Part shown: positions 18,760 to 29,673 of the stretch, piece by piece
How the letters are laid out: every line of letters starts with the position of its first letter
Numbering within the stretch: the first letter of the stretch is position 1
DNA from: an uncultured bacterium
GTDB taxonomy: Bacteria; Babelota; Babeliae; Babelales; Babelaceae
Assembly (NCBI GenBank): GCA_963819815.1
Contig: CAWFXL010000001.1
Coordinates: forward strand, 96,001-160,000
DNA: 64,000 nt
Direction of reading: 5' to 3'
Notes under the pieces: generated by a model
Databases searched by the model: none
Told to the model about the DNA's origin: nothing
What the model saw: only the letters and a program-made list of their open reading frames with translations
Translations under genes and position numbers: made by a program

Positions 18760-20196
18760 ATGCAGTCTACACAAAATTTAGCTTTTAGAGAACCGGAACT
18801 TACTCGGCTTCTCAATGCGCATCCTTTTATACCCTATGTGGTTACAAGAATTGATGAAGCTTCTGGGGTAGCGTATCTTGTAGGGGGTGCAGTTCGTGAT
18901 CTTGTTCTTGGGCTTGAGGTGTATGATATGGACATAGAAGTCCATGGCCTTTCCCTTGATCAGTTAAGTGACATTCTTTCCCAGGAAGGTCCTGTGAGCT
19001 ACGTAGGCAAATCGTTTGGCGTTCTTAAGCTGCATGGTACGCTTACCGATTGGTCCTTGCCACGGTCTGATACGTCAGGGCGCAAGCCTCAGGTAATTAT
19101 TAATCCTGATTTAGATATCGTTGAAGCTCTTCGAAGGCGTGATCTTACGATGAATGCCATGGCCATAAATCTTGTTACCAAGGAGTTTGTAGATCCATTT
19201 CATGGCCTTGATGACCTGAGAAAAAAACTGTTACGATCTCCTGATATCGATTTCTTTTGTGAAGATCCTCTGAGATTTTATCGAGTGATGCAGTTCATTG
19301 GCCGCTTCGATATGTATCCCGATGAAATTCTTACCGAACAATGCAAGCGGATGGATATTGAAGATGTATCGGTCGAACGTATTGAATGTGAGGTTGAGAA
19401 ACTTCTTCTTAAAAGCAGGAGACCTTCCCTAGGATTTCGGTGGCTTCATACCATTGGCAGGCTCCGTGAAATTCTTCCTGAGCTTGCTCAAACTGAAGAT
19501 ATTGCGCAAGATCCAAAATGGCATCCAGAAGGCAATGTTTTTGAGCATCTCATGCAAACTCTTGATGCTGCAGCTCAGATTGATAAAGGGACCACAGCAT
19601 TAAATCTTATTTTGCGCTACGCAGCCTTGTGCCATGATCTTGGTAAAGTTTCAACATCTCAAGTTATTGATGGTCGCATTAGAAGTCCTGGTCATGCTGA
19701 AGCAGGAGTTCCTTATGCCCATGCTCTCTTAAAACGAATTACTCGCAATGTAAAACTTATTGCTACCGTTAAAGCTCTTGTAAAGGCACATATGCTCCCG
19801 AGTCAGTTTGTTAAGCAGCATTCTTCACTTGCAGCTTATAGAAGGTTAGCTTTGAGACTTGCTCCCTTGACTAATGCAGATATGCTCATCAGTCTTTCAT
19901 TGGCCGACCGAAGGGGCAGAAATCCACAAGGTCATGAGCCGCTTACTCTCACACCTCCTTATGTAAAAACTTTCATAGAGCAAGCTCAAGAAGCACAAGC
20001 ATTACATGAGCCAGAAAAACCTATCTTACAAGGTCATGATATTAGGGATCTCGTTGAACCAGGACCTGAGATGGGCAAGCTTTTAAAGTATGCTTTTAAT
20101 CTGCAGATTGAACAATCTATTAAGAGCAAGGAGCTCTTGAAAAAGATGGTAGTAGAAGAGTTGCGTTTGCAAAAAGAAAAACTGAGGTCTTACTAA
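18760..20196 (+). CDS. cca: CCA-adding tRNA nucleotidyltransferase with HD domain
   Basis: LVGGAVRD..D.DIE, RRRDLTMNAMA, EDPLR..R, WHPEG, LCHDLGK. Confidence 0.93.
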   Translation: MQSTQNLAFREPELTRLLNAHPFIPYVVTRIDEASGVAYLVGGAVRDLVLGLEVYDMDIEVHGLSLDQLSDILSQEGPVSYVGKSFGVLKLHGTLTDWSLPRSDTSGRKPQVIINPDLDIVEALRRRDLTMNAMAINLVTKEFVDPFHGLDDLRKKLLRSPDIDFFCEDPLRFYRVMQFIGRFDMYPDEILTEQCKRMDIEDVSVERIECEVEKLLLKSRRPSLGFRWLHTIGRLREILPELAQTEDIAQDPKWHPEGNVFEHLMQTLDAAAQIDKGTTALNLILRYAALCHDLGKVSTSQVIDGRIRSPGHAEAGVPYAHALLKRITRNVKLIATVKALVKAHMLPSQFVKQHSSLAAYRRLALRLAPLTNADMLISLSLADRRGRNPQGHEPLTLTPPYVKTFIEQAQEAQALHEPEKPILQGHDIRDLVEPGPEMGKLLKYAFNLQIEQSIKSKELLKKMVVEELRLQKEKLRSY

Positions 20197-20361
20197 TAAT
20201 AAGATTGACCTTTTGCTACGACTATGAGTGGTAATGCATGATGCAAGGTAAAAAGTGCCGGCAACTATTGCATATATGCAAACCACTTTGGTACTCTTTC
20301 GATGGATGTGAAGAATGACGTCAAGAGAAATTTTAAAATCTTTTACCCAAGTGGAAGTTGA

Positions 20362-21105
20362 ATGAAAAAACTTATCATACCATTACTAGTCATCTCTGCA
20401 TCTATGAATGCCCAGGTAGGTTCTCAGCCGTTATATGTCAAAAATATAACGATTGCTCCTACGCCCGGGTTATGTGGCCAACCTGCAACAGAACCCCTAA
20501 CTGCAACAATATCGATAACCGCTGCAGGTGGCAACCCAGCAGCAGATGGTTCCTATACGTATCTAATAAGTCCCTTGAATATTACCATTAATGCAGTTAC
20601 TGCTACATTTGAGTTTTCTAGTATTGACGATAGTTTCGCCATTCAGATAAGCGATTCATCACAGAATACGCTATTTATTGATGAGCCATTTAAGTTTTTT
20701 GGGGGAGCTTCTACAGCTACAGCTGTTAGTGTTGATGTTGTTTCATTACCGCTTGGTATGGGAGCTGGATGCTTTACCCTTACAGTTATGGGAGGCAATG
20801 TAACAGGTCCCATTTCTTTTGAATTTAACCCCTTTGAGGGTCCCAATATCTTTTTTATTCCGGTAGAAGTAGGAGGTTCGGAAATAGTTTCAAAGGCACC
20901 TTTTACAGTGACCTTTTCCGCTGCGCCCAGTCCTTTCATTAATGCTTTAATTACCATTGATAATGATTGCTCTGGAACAACAACGTCCAAGTTCAAATTC
21001 TTTTTTCCCTTTCCTCAAGGAATAAGCAATGCTTTGAAAGCCTATATATTTAATAAATATTGCAGCTGTCCTCTGAGTAGTACCGCAACGGCTACTCATA
21101 TATAA
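20362..21105 (+). CDS. Secreted hypothetical protein, paralog family A (copy 1)
   Basis: Signal peptide; shares G.QPL, ADGSYTY, SLPLG.G.GC, FPFPQG..NALK.YIFNKYC.C with 25910-26590 and 60100-60810. Confidence 0.85.
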   Translation: MKKLIIPLLVISASMNAQVGSQPLYVKNITIAPTPGLCGQPATEPLTATISITAAGGNPAADGSYTYLISPLNITINAVTATFEFSSIDDSFAIQISDSSQNTLFIDEPFKFFGGASTATAVSVDVVSLPLGMGAGCFTLTVMGGNVTGPISFEFNPFEGPNIFFIPVEVGGSEIVSKAPFTVTFSAAPSPFINALITIDNDCSGTTTSKFKFFFPFPQGISNALKAYIFNKYCSCPLSSTATATHI

Positions 21106-21122
21106 TCTTCACATACGTTTTG

Positions 21123-21164
21123 ATAGTGTTCCAAGGAGCAGTTAAAGTCTCCTTGGAACATTAT
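21123..21164. terminator. Bidirectional terminator hairpin
   Basis: ATAGTGTTCCAAGGAG ... CTCCTTGGAACATTAT between convergent genes. Confidence 0.7.
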
Positions 21165-21288
21165 CTATGTCTTCTCAGGATCTGCTGGCCGACTGAATCC
21201 GAACCTAGCTGGCAAACGTGAGCTCTTGCAAGCTGCTTTAAAGCCGCTGTCGTTGACGATAGGAGAGGCATGGTATCGTCTTAAATTC

Positions 21289-21990
21289 CTAGACGATACT
21301 GCATGGTCCTGAAGCTGCTGTTGAACTTGTTTGGGAAGGCGCACTCGTTACATCATGGAATTCTTTTTCCAGTTCATCAGTTGTACTTGAAGTTTCTTTT
21401 TCAGAATCAGCATGAAATTCCTTACGCCCCGCTTTCATCGATTCGATAAGAGTGATAAATTTAATCAGTTCTTGATAGACTTTCTCAAAACGACAAATGA
21501 GCTCTTCAATGTCCTTAGTTTTTGCCTGGGGTGCCTGAGCAACCATGGCATCAAGAGTTTGTTGATCGAGCGAGCTTAACACAGAGAGTTTTGCAAGAAC
21601 TTCCTCGGGTTGAAGAAGAGTAATAGGAGCAAGCAAATTAACATCTGCAGAGTAAAGACGTACTGCCCTGATTAAGCGAGCTCCATAGGCTGTACGTAAG
21701 CTTTTTGCGGTTTTAAGCCTTTCGATAATAGCACTTGAGCTTTTGGCGACTGCTCGAGAAGCGAGAAGAAGGTCATCTGTTTCTTGCATGCTGGATTTTT
21801 TTGCAAGTTGTATAAGTGCTTGCTGTTGTTTTTCAGATAACTGACTGAGCTCCTGAAATTGGATCCAGGTCTCTTTGTGATCCCAGGTTGTCTGTTGGAC
21901 TTCACTTATCGGCTTGGTTTCATTCATTCCACTACACAGAGGTACTAGAGAGAGTATTCCTACAAGATATACTACGATTCTTTTTTTCAT
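21289..21990 (-). CDS. Secreted helical hypothetical protein ending in a CaaX motif (CSIV)
   Basis: Signal peptide MKKRIVVYLVGILSLVPLCSG; C-terminus GPCSIV*. Confidence 0.75.
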   Translation of the reverse strand: MKKRIVVYLVGILSLVPLCSGMNETKPISEVQQTTWDHKETWIQFQELSQLSEKQQQALIQLAKKSSMQETDDLLLASRAVAKSSSAIIERLKTAKSLRTAYGARLIRAVRLYSADVNLLAPITLLQPEEVLAKLSVLSSLDQQTLDAMVAQAPQAKTKDIEELICRFEKVYQELIKFITLIESMKAGRKEFHADSEKETSSTTDELEKEFHDVTSAPSQTSSTAASGPCSIV

Positions 21991-22294
21991 GAGATTCTCC
22001 TTTTTTTGTGGCATAGCATTAGGCTTAAAGTAGAGGGACTATAGGGGCTTGTCAACGAAAATCCTTTCTCTGAGTGCGCTCTGTTTGTTAGCACAATGGA
22101 TTCTGAGGTGAATTTTCAATCTCAGTCTGAGCTTCATTTTCTAAAGTGGCATGCATAAACTATCAAATACTCATGGAGTGATTGTGCGTCCTCCTGTGTG
22201 AACAGTGAACAAGGTCTTTTTGTTCTTTTCAAAAAAACCCTTTCAGAGTATCCTTATCCTATATGAGACAATATCAAACCAAGAAGGTGCTTTC

Positions 22295-23023
22295 ATGAAT
22301 GTCGGACTATGGGCTATTATTTCTTCAACTGATCTCATGAGTAAGGGAATACTGCTTTTGCTTCTTGCTGTATCGATTGCCTGTTGGGCCTTAGCTTTCT
22401 ATGTGCACTCTGCTTTCAAAGAAAAACATGCATCCTTAAAACGAGCCAAAGAGTTGCTCATTAATGTAAAAGGAATGGACGATTTTCTTGCTCGCTTGTC
22501 CGTGATGCAGTCAACCTATGCAGGTGAGCTTATTGCGTCATTTTTAGGTGACTTTAAAAAACTACTGAGAGCCAATGACTCGAACCATATGGTGGATGAT
22601 AGAGATTGGTATCTTCTTCAATCTTCCATGAACCAGCATATTGATCAAGCAGTTGCCCATGAAGAGTCGTATCTTGGGTTATTATCTACCAGTGCTGCAG
22701 CTGCTCCTCTTGTAGGGTTATTTGGTACGGTATGGGGACTCATTCATGCCTTTATGGGGATAGCAGAAAAACATAGCGCAGATATTTCTGCAGTGGCACC
22801 GGGAATCTCTGAAGCATTACTTACTACCTTAGCTGGCTTAGTTGTCGCTATTCCATCGCTTTGCATGTATGCCTTTTTACAAGCAAGAATTCGTAGAATA
22901 GAACAAGAAATTGTTGACTTGGCTGATGAGTGCTTATGGATTATGCGGGGAGTCTTGACTTCGCCATCACGTAAGACAGCTTCTATACAACGGAGTCCCG
23001 TGCACGTTGAGGAGTCTCTATGA
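22295..23023 (+). CDS. tolQ: TolQ/ExbB proton channel
   Basis: APLVGLFGTVWG, VAPGISEAL.TT.AGL.VAIP. Confidence 0.9.
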   Translation: MNVGLWAIISSTDLMSKGILLLLLAVSIACWALAFYVHSAFKEKHASLKRAKELLINVKGMDDFLARLSVMQSTYAGELIASFLGDFKKLLRANDSNHMVDDRDWYLLQSSMNQHIDQAVAHEESYLGLLSTSAAAAPLVGLFGTVWGLIHAFMGIAEKHSADISAVAPGISEALLTTLAGLVVAIPSLCMYAFLQARIRRIEQEIVDLADECLWIMRGVLTSPSRKTASIQRSPVHVEESL

Positions 23024-23436
23024 TACTTGGTCGACGCAAAAGAAAAGAGAACCGACTTCCTGAGATAACATTAACGCCATTAATTGATACTGCTCTGGTA
23101 TTGTTGGTGATTTTCATGGTGGCGACACCTATTATGCATAACTCTTTAGAAATCAATTTACCTTCGGGGCAGATGAAAGAGGGTGCACAGTCTACTGCAT
23201 CTTCATTGGTTGTTTTTATCTCAGGTGAGGAAAAAATGCAGCTCAACGGCACCTCCTATAAGCTTGATAGCTTGCTTGCTGAGTTAGCAAAAAAGGTTGC
23301 AAAAACAAAAGATACTCGCGTGTATGTCAATTGTGATCGTAAGGTATCATCCGGAACGCTCGTAAAAGTAATAGACTCAATAAAATATGTAGCGGGGGTT
23401 GAGCATGTTATTCTCTCCACCGAACGAGTTCGGTAA
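23020..23436 (+). CDS. tolR: TolR/ExbD
   Basis: EITLTPLID..LVLLVIFMVATP, INLP. Confidence 0.9.
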   Translation: MILGRRKRKENRLPEITLTPLIDTALVLLVIFMVATPIMHNSLEINLPSGQMKEGAQSTASSLVVFISGEEKMQLNGTSYKLDSLLAELAKKVAKTKDTRVYVNCDRKVSSGTLVKVIDSIKYVAGVEHVILSTERVR

Positions 23437-24439
23437 GCACACATTCTATAAGCTGATAGGGTTTTCTTGTGCAGTACATAGCCTGCTTCTGCTGCTTATC
23501 TTTGGCACTGAAGTATGGTTGAGTATGCGTCCTCAGACGGTTTTACTGAGAAAACCGGGCCGGGTAAGTCTATCAAGGCGTGGCAAAAAGCCCCAAGGTG
23601 CTTTGCAGGGTACTCCAAAGAACTTAGGTTTATCGGGCGGCCAAGAAAAGTCTCAACCTGTAGAACCTCAGCAGTCACCTAAAACTGCTGACAGTGCAGA
23701 GCCTCAGAAATTAGTGGCTAATGACGTTGAGAAAACTACTCCTACAAAAAAAGAGAGTGAGAAAAAAGCACAACCGGCTTTAAAGACAAAAGATCTTCCT
23801 GCAAAGCCGAGGGTTGAGAAAAGCGTAGAGAAAAAAATTCCTGCGGAAAAAAAAGCAGCTACAAAAAAAGAGTCTCTCAAACCTGAAAGTAAAAAAGAAT
23901 TAAAGCCAGCTGAAAAAGAAGTGGCTCCACCTGCAGAAAAAGCCCAAAAAAAAGAACTGGCACAAAAAGAGATAGCTCAAGAGAAAGAACCGGGGAAAGC
24001 ACACAAAGAACCTGAAAAAGCTTTGAAAGTGGTTGAAAAAAAGGATACTCAGAATACAAACGATGTGTCTTCAAAACCTGAAAAATCGAGCAATGTACAT
24101 ACTGGAACTCAGGCCGTAGCAGTTCAAAGTTTGCTAAGTGCCCAACAGGAAGAACAGGGTGATGCTACGGGTGAAGAGTATGAGGAGGTACATGCTGCGG
24201 AAGCTGCCTATTCTGAAGATAGTATTCAGCAAGAGTTTGGACGAAACTTTACCATTCCGGAAGGTTTTGATGAGTATGATTCGTTTACGATATCCTTTGA
24301 TATTAAAGATGGCAAGGTGATGAATGTGAGCCCCCACACCAAGGGTGCTTTAGTGGTCTACACTGCGGTGAAAGATGCCTTGCTTAAGTCTACTATGCCA
24401 AAACGAAATAGAAAAAATATAGTCTGGGTTATAACCTAA
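23399..24439 (+). CDS. tolA: TolA/TonB-like protein
   Basis: N-terminal TM with S...H motif, long K/E/A-rich linker, position between tolR and tolB. Confidence 0.75.
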   Translation: MSMLFSPPNEFGKHTFYKLIGFSCAVHSLLLLLIFGTEVWLSMRPQTVLLRKPGRVSLSRRGKKPQGALQGTPKNLGLSGGQEKSQPVEPQQSPKTADSAEPQKLVANDVEKTTPTKKESEKKAQPALKTKDLPAKPRVEKSVEKKIPAEKKAATKKESLKPESKKELKPAEKEVAPPAEKAQKKELAQKEIAQEKEPGKAHKEPEKALKVVEKKDTQNTNDVSSKPEKSSNVHTGTQAVAVQSLLSAQQEEQGDATGEEYEEVHAAEAAYSEDSIQQEFGRNFTIPEGFDEYDSFTISFDIKDGKVMNVSPHTKGALVVYTAVKDALLKSTMPKRNRKNIVWVIT

Positions 24440-24450
24440 ATGGAATATGT

Positions 24451-25773
24451 ATGAAAGCGCAGTACCTTGTTGGTTTCTTCTGTATGCTCGTGAACATAAG
24501 CTATGCTTCTGAAATAAAGCAAAGTCTCTATGAGCATGCAACACTCAAGGCGATGCCGTTACTGGTGGTGGTCAGTCCTGAAAATGATACCGAGCTTATG
24601 AGCATAGCACAGATCCTTGCAAAAAATCTTGAGCGAAGTGGTCAGTTTACGGTAACGCTTAAGGCAACTCGGGAGCCTTCAAAGAAGTCTGAATTAGAGG
24701 GGCTCTTTGAGAAGGGCTATCCGTTACAGATATTTTTACAGCACGATGATGGTAGGAAATCAATTGGATGGCGGCTCTATGATGTAGCTGATCAGCGCTT
24801 AGTTAAAGGTAAAAAATGTACCAAGCGTGGTGCTCTTGCACATGGGTATGCAGATAACCTTGCAGATGATATATGGCCGGTGCTTACCAATCAGCCAAGC
24901 TCATTTTCATCGAAGCTTGCCTATGTAAAGAAAAAGAATGTTCCTGGGCAAAAAGATCGGCAGCGCTCTCAAGTGTGCGTAGCAAATAGTGATGGTTCTC
25001 ATGAGCAGCTTATTATTCCGCAAATGGGGACGTATGTCAGTCTTTACTGGCATCATGACAAGAATAATCCCTGTATCTTCTGCTCAGAGTTCACCCGATA
25101 CAATGTTCGTTTTGTATCAGCAAACTTCCATGGACAAAAAAGGACAGTCCTCGATCTTAAAGGTACCTGTGTCGGCATATCTCTCTCAAATGAAACGAAT
25201 AAGGCTGTCTATTGTAGGTCGGGAACTATTTGGGAATATGTCTATGATCCCGTACAGATGCAGGCAGCACACCGTGTTCTTATTGCTAATGATGGTAATA
25301 ATGTGTCTCCCACACTGCTACCTTCGGGCGACGTTGTTTTTTGTTCTGATGCACCTTCGTTATTGCACAGTGCTAAATCCAAAGGGCCCAAGATCATTAA
25401 ATACTCTGCACGTGATAAATCTACGACACTTTTAACGAAGGACGGTTATTGTGTGGGGCCAAGTTATTCTAAAGCTACCGGCAAGATTGCCTATTCTAAG
25501 AAACTAAATGGTGAGATGCAGCTCTTTGTCTGTGATCCTGCAAATCATACTGATGTACAAATTACCTTCGACCATGGCAATAAGATAGACTGCTGCTGGT
25601 CACCCTGTGGTAAGTACTTAGTATTTTGTTACCGCAATGGTCGAATTAGTAGGATTGCCGTTATGCATGTAGGCTTAAAGAAAAGATACTATATTACTCC
25701 AGCTCATGAATATTGCACATCACCTGCCTGGTCGCCTGTGTATGATGAAGTACCTAGCATAATCACACGGTGA
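24451..25773 (+). CDS. tolB: TolB-like beta-propeller protein (Cys-rich)
   Basis: Signal peptide, N-domain RLYDV, F.SKLAYV, PD40-like repeats (WSPCGK, SPAWSP). Confidence 0.8.
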   Translation: MKAQYLVGFFCMLVNISYASEIKQSLYEHATLKAMPLLVVVSPENDTELMSIAQILAKNLERSGQFTVTLKATREPSKKSELEGLFEKGYPLQIFLQHDDGRKSIGWRLYDVADQRLVKGKKCTKRGALAHGYADNLADDIWPVLTNQPSSFSSKLAYVKKKNVPGQKDRQRSQVCVANSDGSHEQLIIPQMGTYVSLYWHHDKNNPCIFCSEFTRYNVRFVSANFHGQKRTVLDLKGTCVGISLSNETNKAVYCRSGTIWEYVYDPVQMQAAHRVLIANDGNNVSPTLLPSGDVVFCSDAPSLLHSAKSKGPKIIKYSARDKSTTLLTKDGYCVGPSYSKATGKIAYSKKLNGEMQLFVCDPANHTDVQITFDHGNKIDCCWSPCGKYLVFCYRNGRISRIAVMHVGLKKRYYITPAHEYCTSPAWSPVYDEVPSIITR

Positions 25774-25909
25774 GCGAATTAAAGGGGCAGGCTAAACGAC
25801 TTTTGTGCCGATAAGACCTTATCTAGCAAAACGTCTATCCTTCTCCGTTTCTGCCTTAAGGCAAAAATGTGAGAGAGCTTCAGCGATTTTTTCGCACAAA
25901 AAAGTGATA

Positions 25910-26590
25910 TCAGGTAGCTGTCGCTGCCGGTACCGTCGTGCTACTGAGGGCGCAGTTACAATACTTATTAAAAATATAGGCTTTCAGCGCATTGCTCATG
26001 CCTTGAGGAAAGGGAAATTGAATTGTGAATGTAACATTGGATTGATTTATCCTTGCAAAAAGTCCTGGCACTATATTTGGAAAGGCAGAGAAAGTCTGTG
26101 AAAATGGTGCTTTTGATTTTGTAATTTCAACAACATCTTCTTCAAATCCGACAGCAAAATTAATAGGAAAAGAAGGATTTACGGCACTTAAGGTTATGCA
26201 TCCTGAGCCATTACCTAAGGGTAATGAATCGATCGAAAAAATTAGTGGTATAAAAGGAGCACTGTTATTGGTAAGAACGTATGTGACCGTGTTATTTGCG
26301 GTGTCTGTTATCACTAAATTAATTCCATGCGCTAATTGAGAAATGAGGACGTTATTAAATTGTGCTACTTGTGTTGTCTCAGGATTGAAACCGTCTATTT
26401 GTAAATCATAGGTATATGATCCGTCAGCTGTAGGCTGGCCTCCCGATCCAGTTATTGTAAGATTTACTCCATCAGCAGCTATTGGGCTATTCGGAGTGAT
26501 TGTAATGTTGGAGATAAATAATGGTTGCGGGCCTACCTCAGCAGCGAGGATAATTGACCAGGAGAGCAGCGTGAGCAAAAGTTTCTTCAT
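25910..26590 (-). CDS. Secreted hypothetical protein, paralog family A (copy 2)
   Basis: GPQPLFISNIT, GGQPTADGSYTY, FPFPQGMSNALKAYIFNKYCNC. Confidence 0.85.
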   Translation of the reverse strand: MKKLLLTLLSWSIILAAEVGPQPLFISNITITPNSPIAADGVNLTITGSGGQPTADGSYTYDLQIDGFNPETTQVAQFNNVLISQLAHGINLVITDTANNTVTYVLTNNSAPFIPLIFSIDSLPLGNGSGCITLSAVNPSFPINFAVGFEEDVVEITKSKAPFSQTFSAFPNIVPGLFARINQSNVTFTIQFPFPQGMSNALKAYIFNKYCNCALSSTTVPAATAT

Positions 26591-27037
26591 AGTAGTTCCT
26601 TTTTCTTTGAAGAGCATTAATCGACGCATATGGTAATGCATATCACATGCGTTTTAACTACAATACCATAGTTATTTTTATGAATGCAATGATTTTATCT
26701 TCTTCTAATACCACTAGTAACTGCAAGGTTATCGTCTAACATACTGATAAAAATTTAGTTGTACGTGCTGTAAAATAGTGGTTGTGAATGACCACTTACG
26801 ACGTCACCCAAAATGCTGTTGCTTAAAAAGTCTCATGGTATGCAAAAAGGCACCAAACTGTTGGCTTCTGCTTATAAATATGATAGGTTCAACTGAAACT
26901 CTGCAATGATGTGCGCAGGAGCTTGAAAAAGAAGAATCTCAATAAGCTGATTGTACCGCATTGGACAATATAAAGGGACTATGGTATACTGGGCTTCAAA
27001 AGGCTATTAACTTATTTAAGGATGACATAGGGTTCTC

Positions 27038-28864
27038 ATGAAAAAAATCAATATTAAACATTTTCGAGGTGGGCCAGGCAACGTGCTTCTGGTAATCGTA
27101 TTCCTTGCGTTGACGCTGCTCGCCGTATTAAAGCTTGCTGACTTTAGTCAACGGACAGAGCATATAAGCTATACAACCTTTATGAAGAAGCTTGAGAGCA
27201 ATCAAGTGTCAAAGGTAGAGGTGACCGGTTCTGAAGTGCGTGGAGTATATCGAGATGGACGAACTCATTTTGAAACAGTGGTGCCAAATACCCCTAAACT
27301 ATGGGAAATGCTCAAAGAATATAATGTAGAGACAAATATTGCAGGGAGTGTAGGGGCATTTGGCTTCTGGCAGCTCCTGTATTTATTGCCTTTACTCTTA
27401 ACTCTTGGTGCTGTTTGGTATTTCTTCCGCCAGTCGCGCAATAATAGCGGCAGTGGTGGTGGGAATATCTTTAGCATGAGTAAAAGTAAGGCAAAGATGT
27501 TTATGCCTTCCCAAATAAAGGTAAACTTCGATTCGGTCGCAGGTGCCGTGGAGGCTAAGGAAGAACTGGTTGATATAATCGACTTCTTGCGTAACCCCGA
27601 TAAGTTTAAGCGACTAGGAGCTAAGTTAACGCGTGGAGTTCTTCTTGTAGGAGAACCAGGTAACGGGAAAACGTTACTTGCAAAAGCGGTAGCTGGAGAA
27701 GCAAGTTGTCCTTTCTTTAGTGTGAGTGGTTCTGACTTTATTGAAGTATTTGTAGGTGTGGGCGCAGCTCGTGTGCGCGACCTATTTGCACAGGCACGTC
27801 GCCATGCACCGAGTATCGTCTTCATTGACGAGATTGACGCAGTCGGGCGCCAAAGGGGCGCAGGGCTTGGCGGAGGTCATGATGAACGTGAACAGACCTT
27901 GAACCAGCTTCTCATCGAGATGGATGGCTTTGAGTCAGGCAATTCACCAGTAGTTGTTATGGCTGCGACCAATAGGCCGGATGTGCTTGATAAAGCACTT
28001 TTACGTGCTGGGCGTATCGATAGGCGTGTGCATGTGCCATTTCCAGATATTAAAAGCCGTGAGGCTATATTGAAGGTTCATGCTGAGCATGTACCGATGG
28101 ATGGACTGGTGAACTTAGGCAAGATAGCTCGAGGAACTCCTGGGTTTACGGGAGCTGATCTTGCGAATCTTATCAATGAGGCAGCAATTAATGCATCGAA
28201 ACTTAATAAAAACTCAGTAACGGTAGATGATTTTGAAGAGGCGCGTGATAAGATTATTCTTGGTAAAGAGATGAAAACTATGGTTCTTACTGATGAAGAG
28301 CGCGAAGTGACAGCATATCACGAAGCGGGACATGCATTGGTGACGCTTTTAACGCCACAAGAGACTGATCCTCTTCATAAAGTAACGATTATGCCTCGAG
28401 CCAAAGCGTTGGGTGTGACCTGGTCATTGCCTGAACGTGATAAGCATACGATCAGTAAGGATGAGATGACAGCGCGTATTATGGTTGCCCTCGGAGGCCG
28501 TGCAGCTGAAGAGCTTGTCTTTAATAGGCTTGAGTCAGGAGCTCATAGTGACTTTGCGACAGCTACGCAGGTAGCTCGAGCGATGGTATGTTCGTATGGT
28601 ATGTCTCAAAAGCTTGGGCCACTCGTGTATGAACAGAATAGCCTTGGTGAAAACAACTACTCTGAAGAAACTGCACGAACAATTGACGAAGAGATGAGAT
28701 CGATACTGGATACTTGTTATAAGCATGTGTATAAGCTGCTTTCAGATAACCGAGATAAGCTTGAAAAGCTTGCTAAGGCATTAATAGACAATGAAACCAT
28801 GTATGCAGGTGAAATCTATGAGCTTCTGGGGATAACATCCCGTGAAGAGCATCTATTTCATTAA
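27038..28864 (+). CDS. ftsH: ATP-dependent zinc metalloprotease FtsH
   Basis: 2 [38 protein letters not shown]. Confidence 0.97.
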   Translation: MKKINIKHFRGGPGNVLLVIVFLALTLLAVLKLADFSQRTEHISYTTFMKKLESNQVSKVEVTGSEVRGVYRDGRTHFETVVPNTPKLWEMLKEYNVETNIAGSVGAFGFWQLLYLLPLLLTLGAVWYFFRQSRNNSGSGGGNIFSMSKSKAKMFMPSQIKVNFDSVAGAVEAKEELVDIIDFLRNPDKFKRLGAKLTRGVLLVGEPGNGKTLLAKAVAGEASCPFFSVSGSDFIEVFVGVGAARVRDLFAQARRHAPSIVFIDEIDAVGRQRGAGLGGGHDEREQTLNQLLIEMDGFESGNSPVVVMAATNRPDVLDKALLRAGRIDRRVHVPFPDIKSREAILKVHAEHVPMDGLVNLGKIARGTPGFTGADLANLINEAAINASKLNKNSVTVDDFEEARDKIILGKEMKTMVLTDEEREVTAYHEAGHALVTLLTPQETDPLHKVTIMPRAKALGVTWSLPERDKHTISKDEMTARIMVALGGRAAEELVFNRLESGAHSDFATATQVARAMVCSYGMSQKLGPLVYEQNSLGENNYSEETARTIDEEMRSILDTCYKHVYKLLSDNRDKLEKLAKALIDNETMYAGEIYELLGITSREEHLFH

Positions 28865-28930
28865 TAAGATTGAAAAAAGACGAGCTTCTTGTACACTAGG
28901 GGATAGAGAAGCTTTTAAGAAAGGTATAAT

Positions 28931-29134
28931 ATGGCACGCATATGTGGGATATGTGGTAAGAAACCACAGGTAGCAAATATCGTTAGTCACGCAAATAATA
29001 GAACGAAGAAATGGGTATATCCCAACGTCCAGAAGCTCCGCTATACGGTAGTAGGCTGTTCTGATGGCAAAGTGCATGCTGGAAAAGTATGTACCAAATG
29101 TATGAAAGCACAAAAGATCGTAAAAGTTATTTAA
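28931..29134 (+). CDS. rpmB: 50S ribosomal protein L28
   Basis: MARICGICGK..N.VSHANNRTK...PN.Q...VCTKC. Confidence 0.95.
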   Translation: MARICGICGKKPQVANIVSHANNRTKKWVYPNVQKLRYTVVGCSDGKVHAGKVCTKCMKAQKIVKVI

Positions 29135-29152
29135 CGTAGGTGAGACTCAGGT

Positions 29153-29431
29153 ATGGCAAATACTTCGTCTGCAAAAAAAGCAGCTCGGCAAAATGAGAAA
29201 CGTCGTTTTAAAAATATGGCTCGTAAATCAGCCATTAAAACGGCAATAAAAAAGGTTCAGGTACTGGTTGAAGCATCCTCATTTGATGCGGAAGCTGCAG
29301 ACCTTTTAGTTCGTGATGTAGCTGCAAAGCTCGGCCGCGCAAAAGGGAAGCATGTATTTCATGCAAATACCGCATCTCGTAAGTTGAGTAGACTTGCCAA
29401 GAAGGTACACAAACGCGCTCAAGCAGCGTAA
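29153..29431 (+). CDS. rpsT: 30S ribosomal protein S20
   Basis: MANTSSAKK..RQ.EKRR..N..RKS..KT; H.NTASRK.SRL. Confidence 0.95.
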   Translation: MANTSSAKKAARQNEKRRFKNMARKSAIKTAIKKVQVLVEASSFDAEAADLLVRDVAAKLGRAKGKHVFHANTASRKLSRLAKKVHKRAQAA

Positions 29432-29449
29432 TTCCTACGTAGATGATTA

Positions 29450-29480
29450 AAAAGCTCCATGTTAAGTGGGGCTTTTTTTT
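29450..29480 (+). terminator. Intrinsic terminator
   Basis: AAAGCTCCAT..GTGGGGCTTTTTTTT. Confidence 0.7.
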
Positions 29481-29673
29481 AGTGCCTTGCGATGCGAATT
29501 TAGCTACCTCAGCCATGAGAGGGATAGAGAGATTTTTTAATTAGAATGGCCCTATGTTTGCCGAGCAGTCCTTGTTATATACCTCAGTGTTTACAAAGCC
29601 TAGCCGTAACGTATAATAAAAGATCCCCGAGCACGCTCAGGGATCTTAGTTTCGTGTTTAGGTAGAAGTCTTT

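Noticed and set aside
21000..21020. Link between the FPFP motif of family A proteins and the peptides' FPF terminus
   Set aside because: Only a 3-4 residue match in different contexts; no other similarity.
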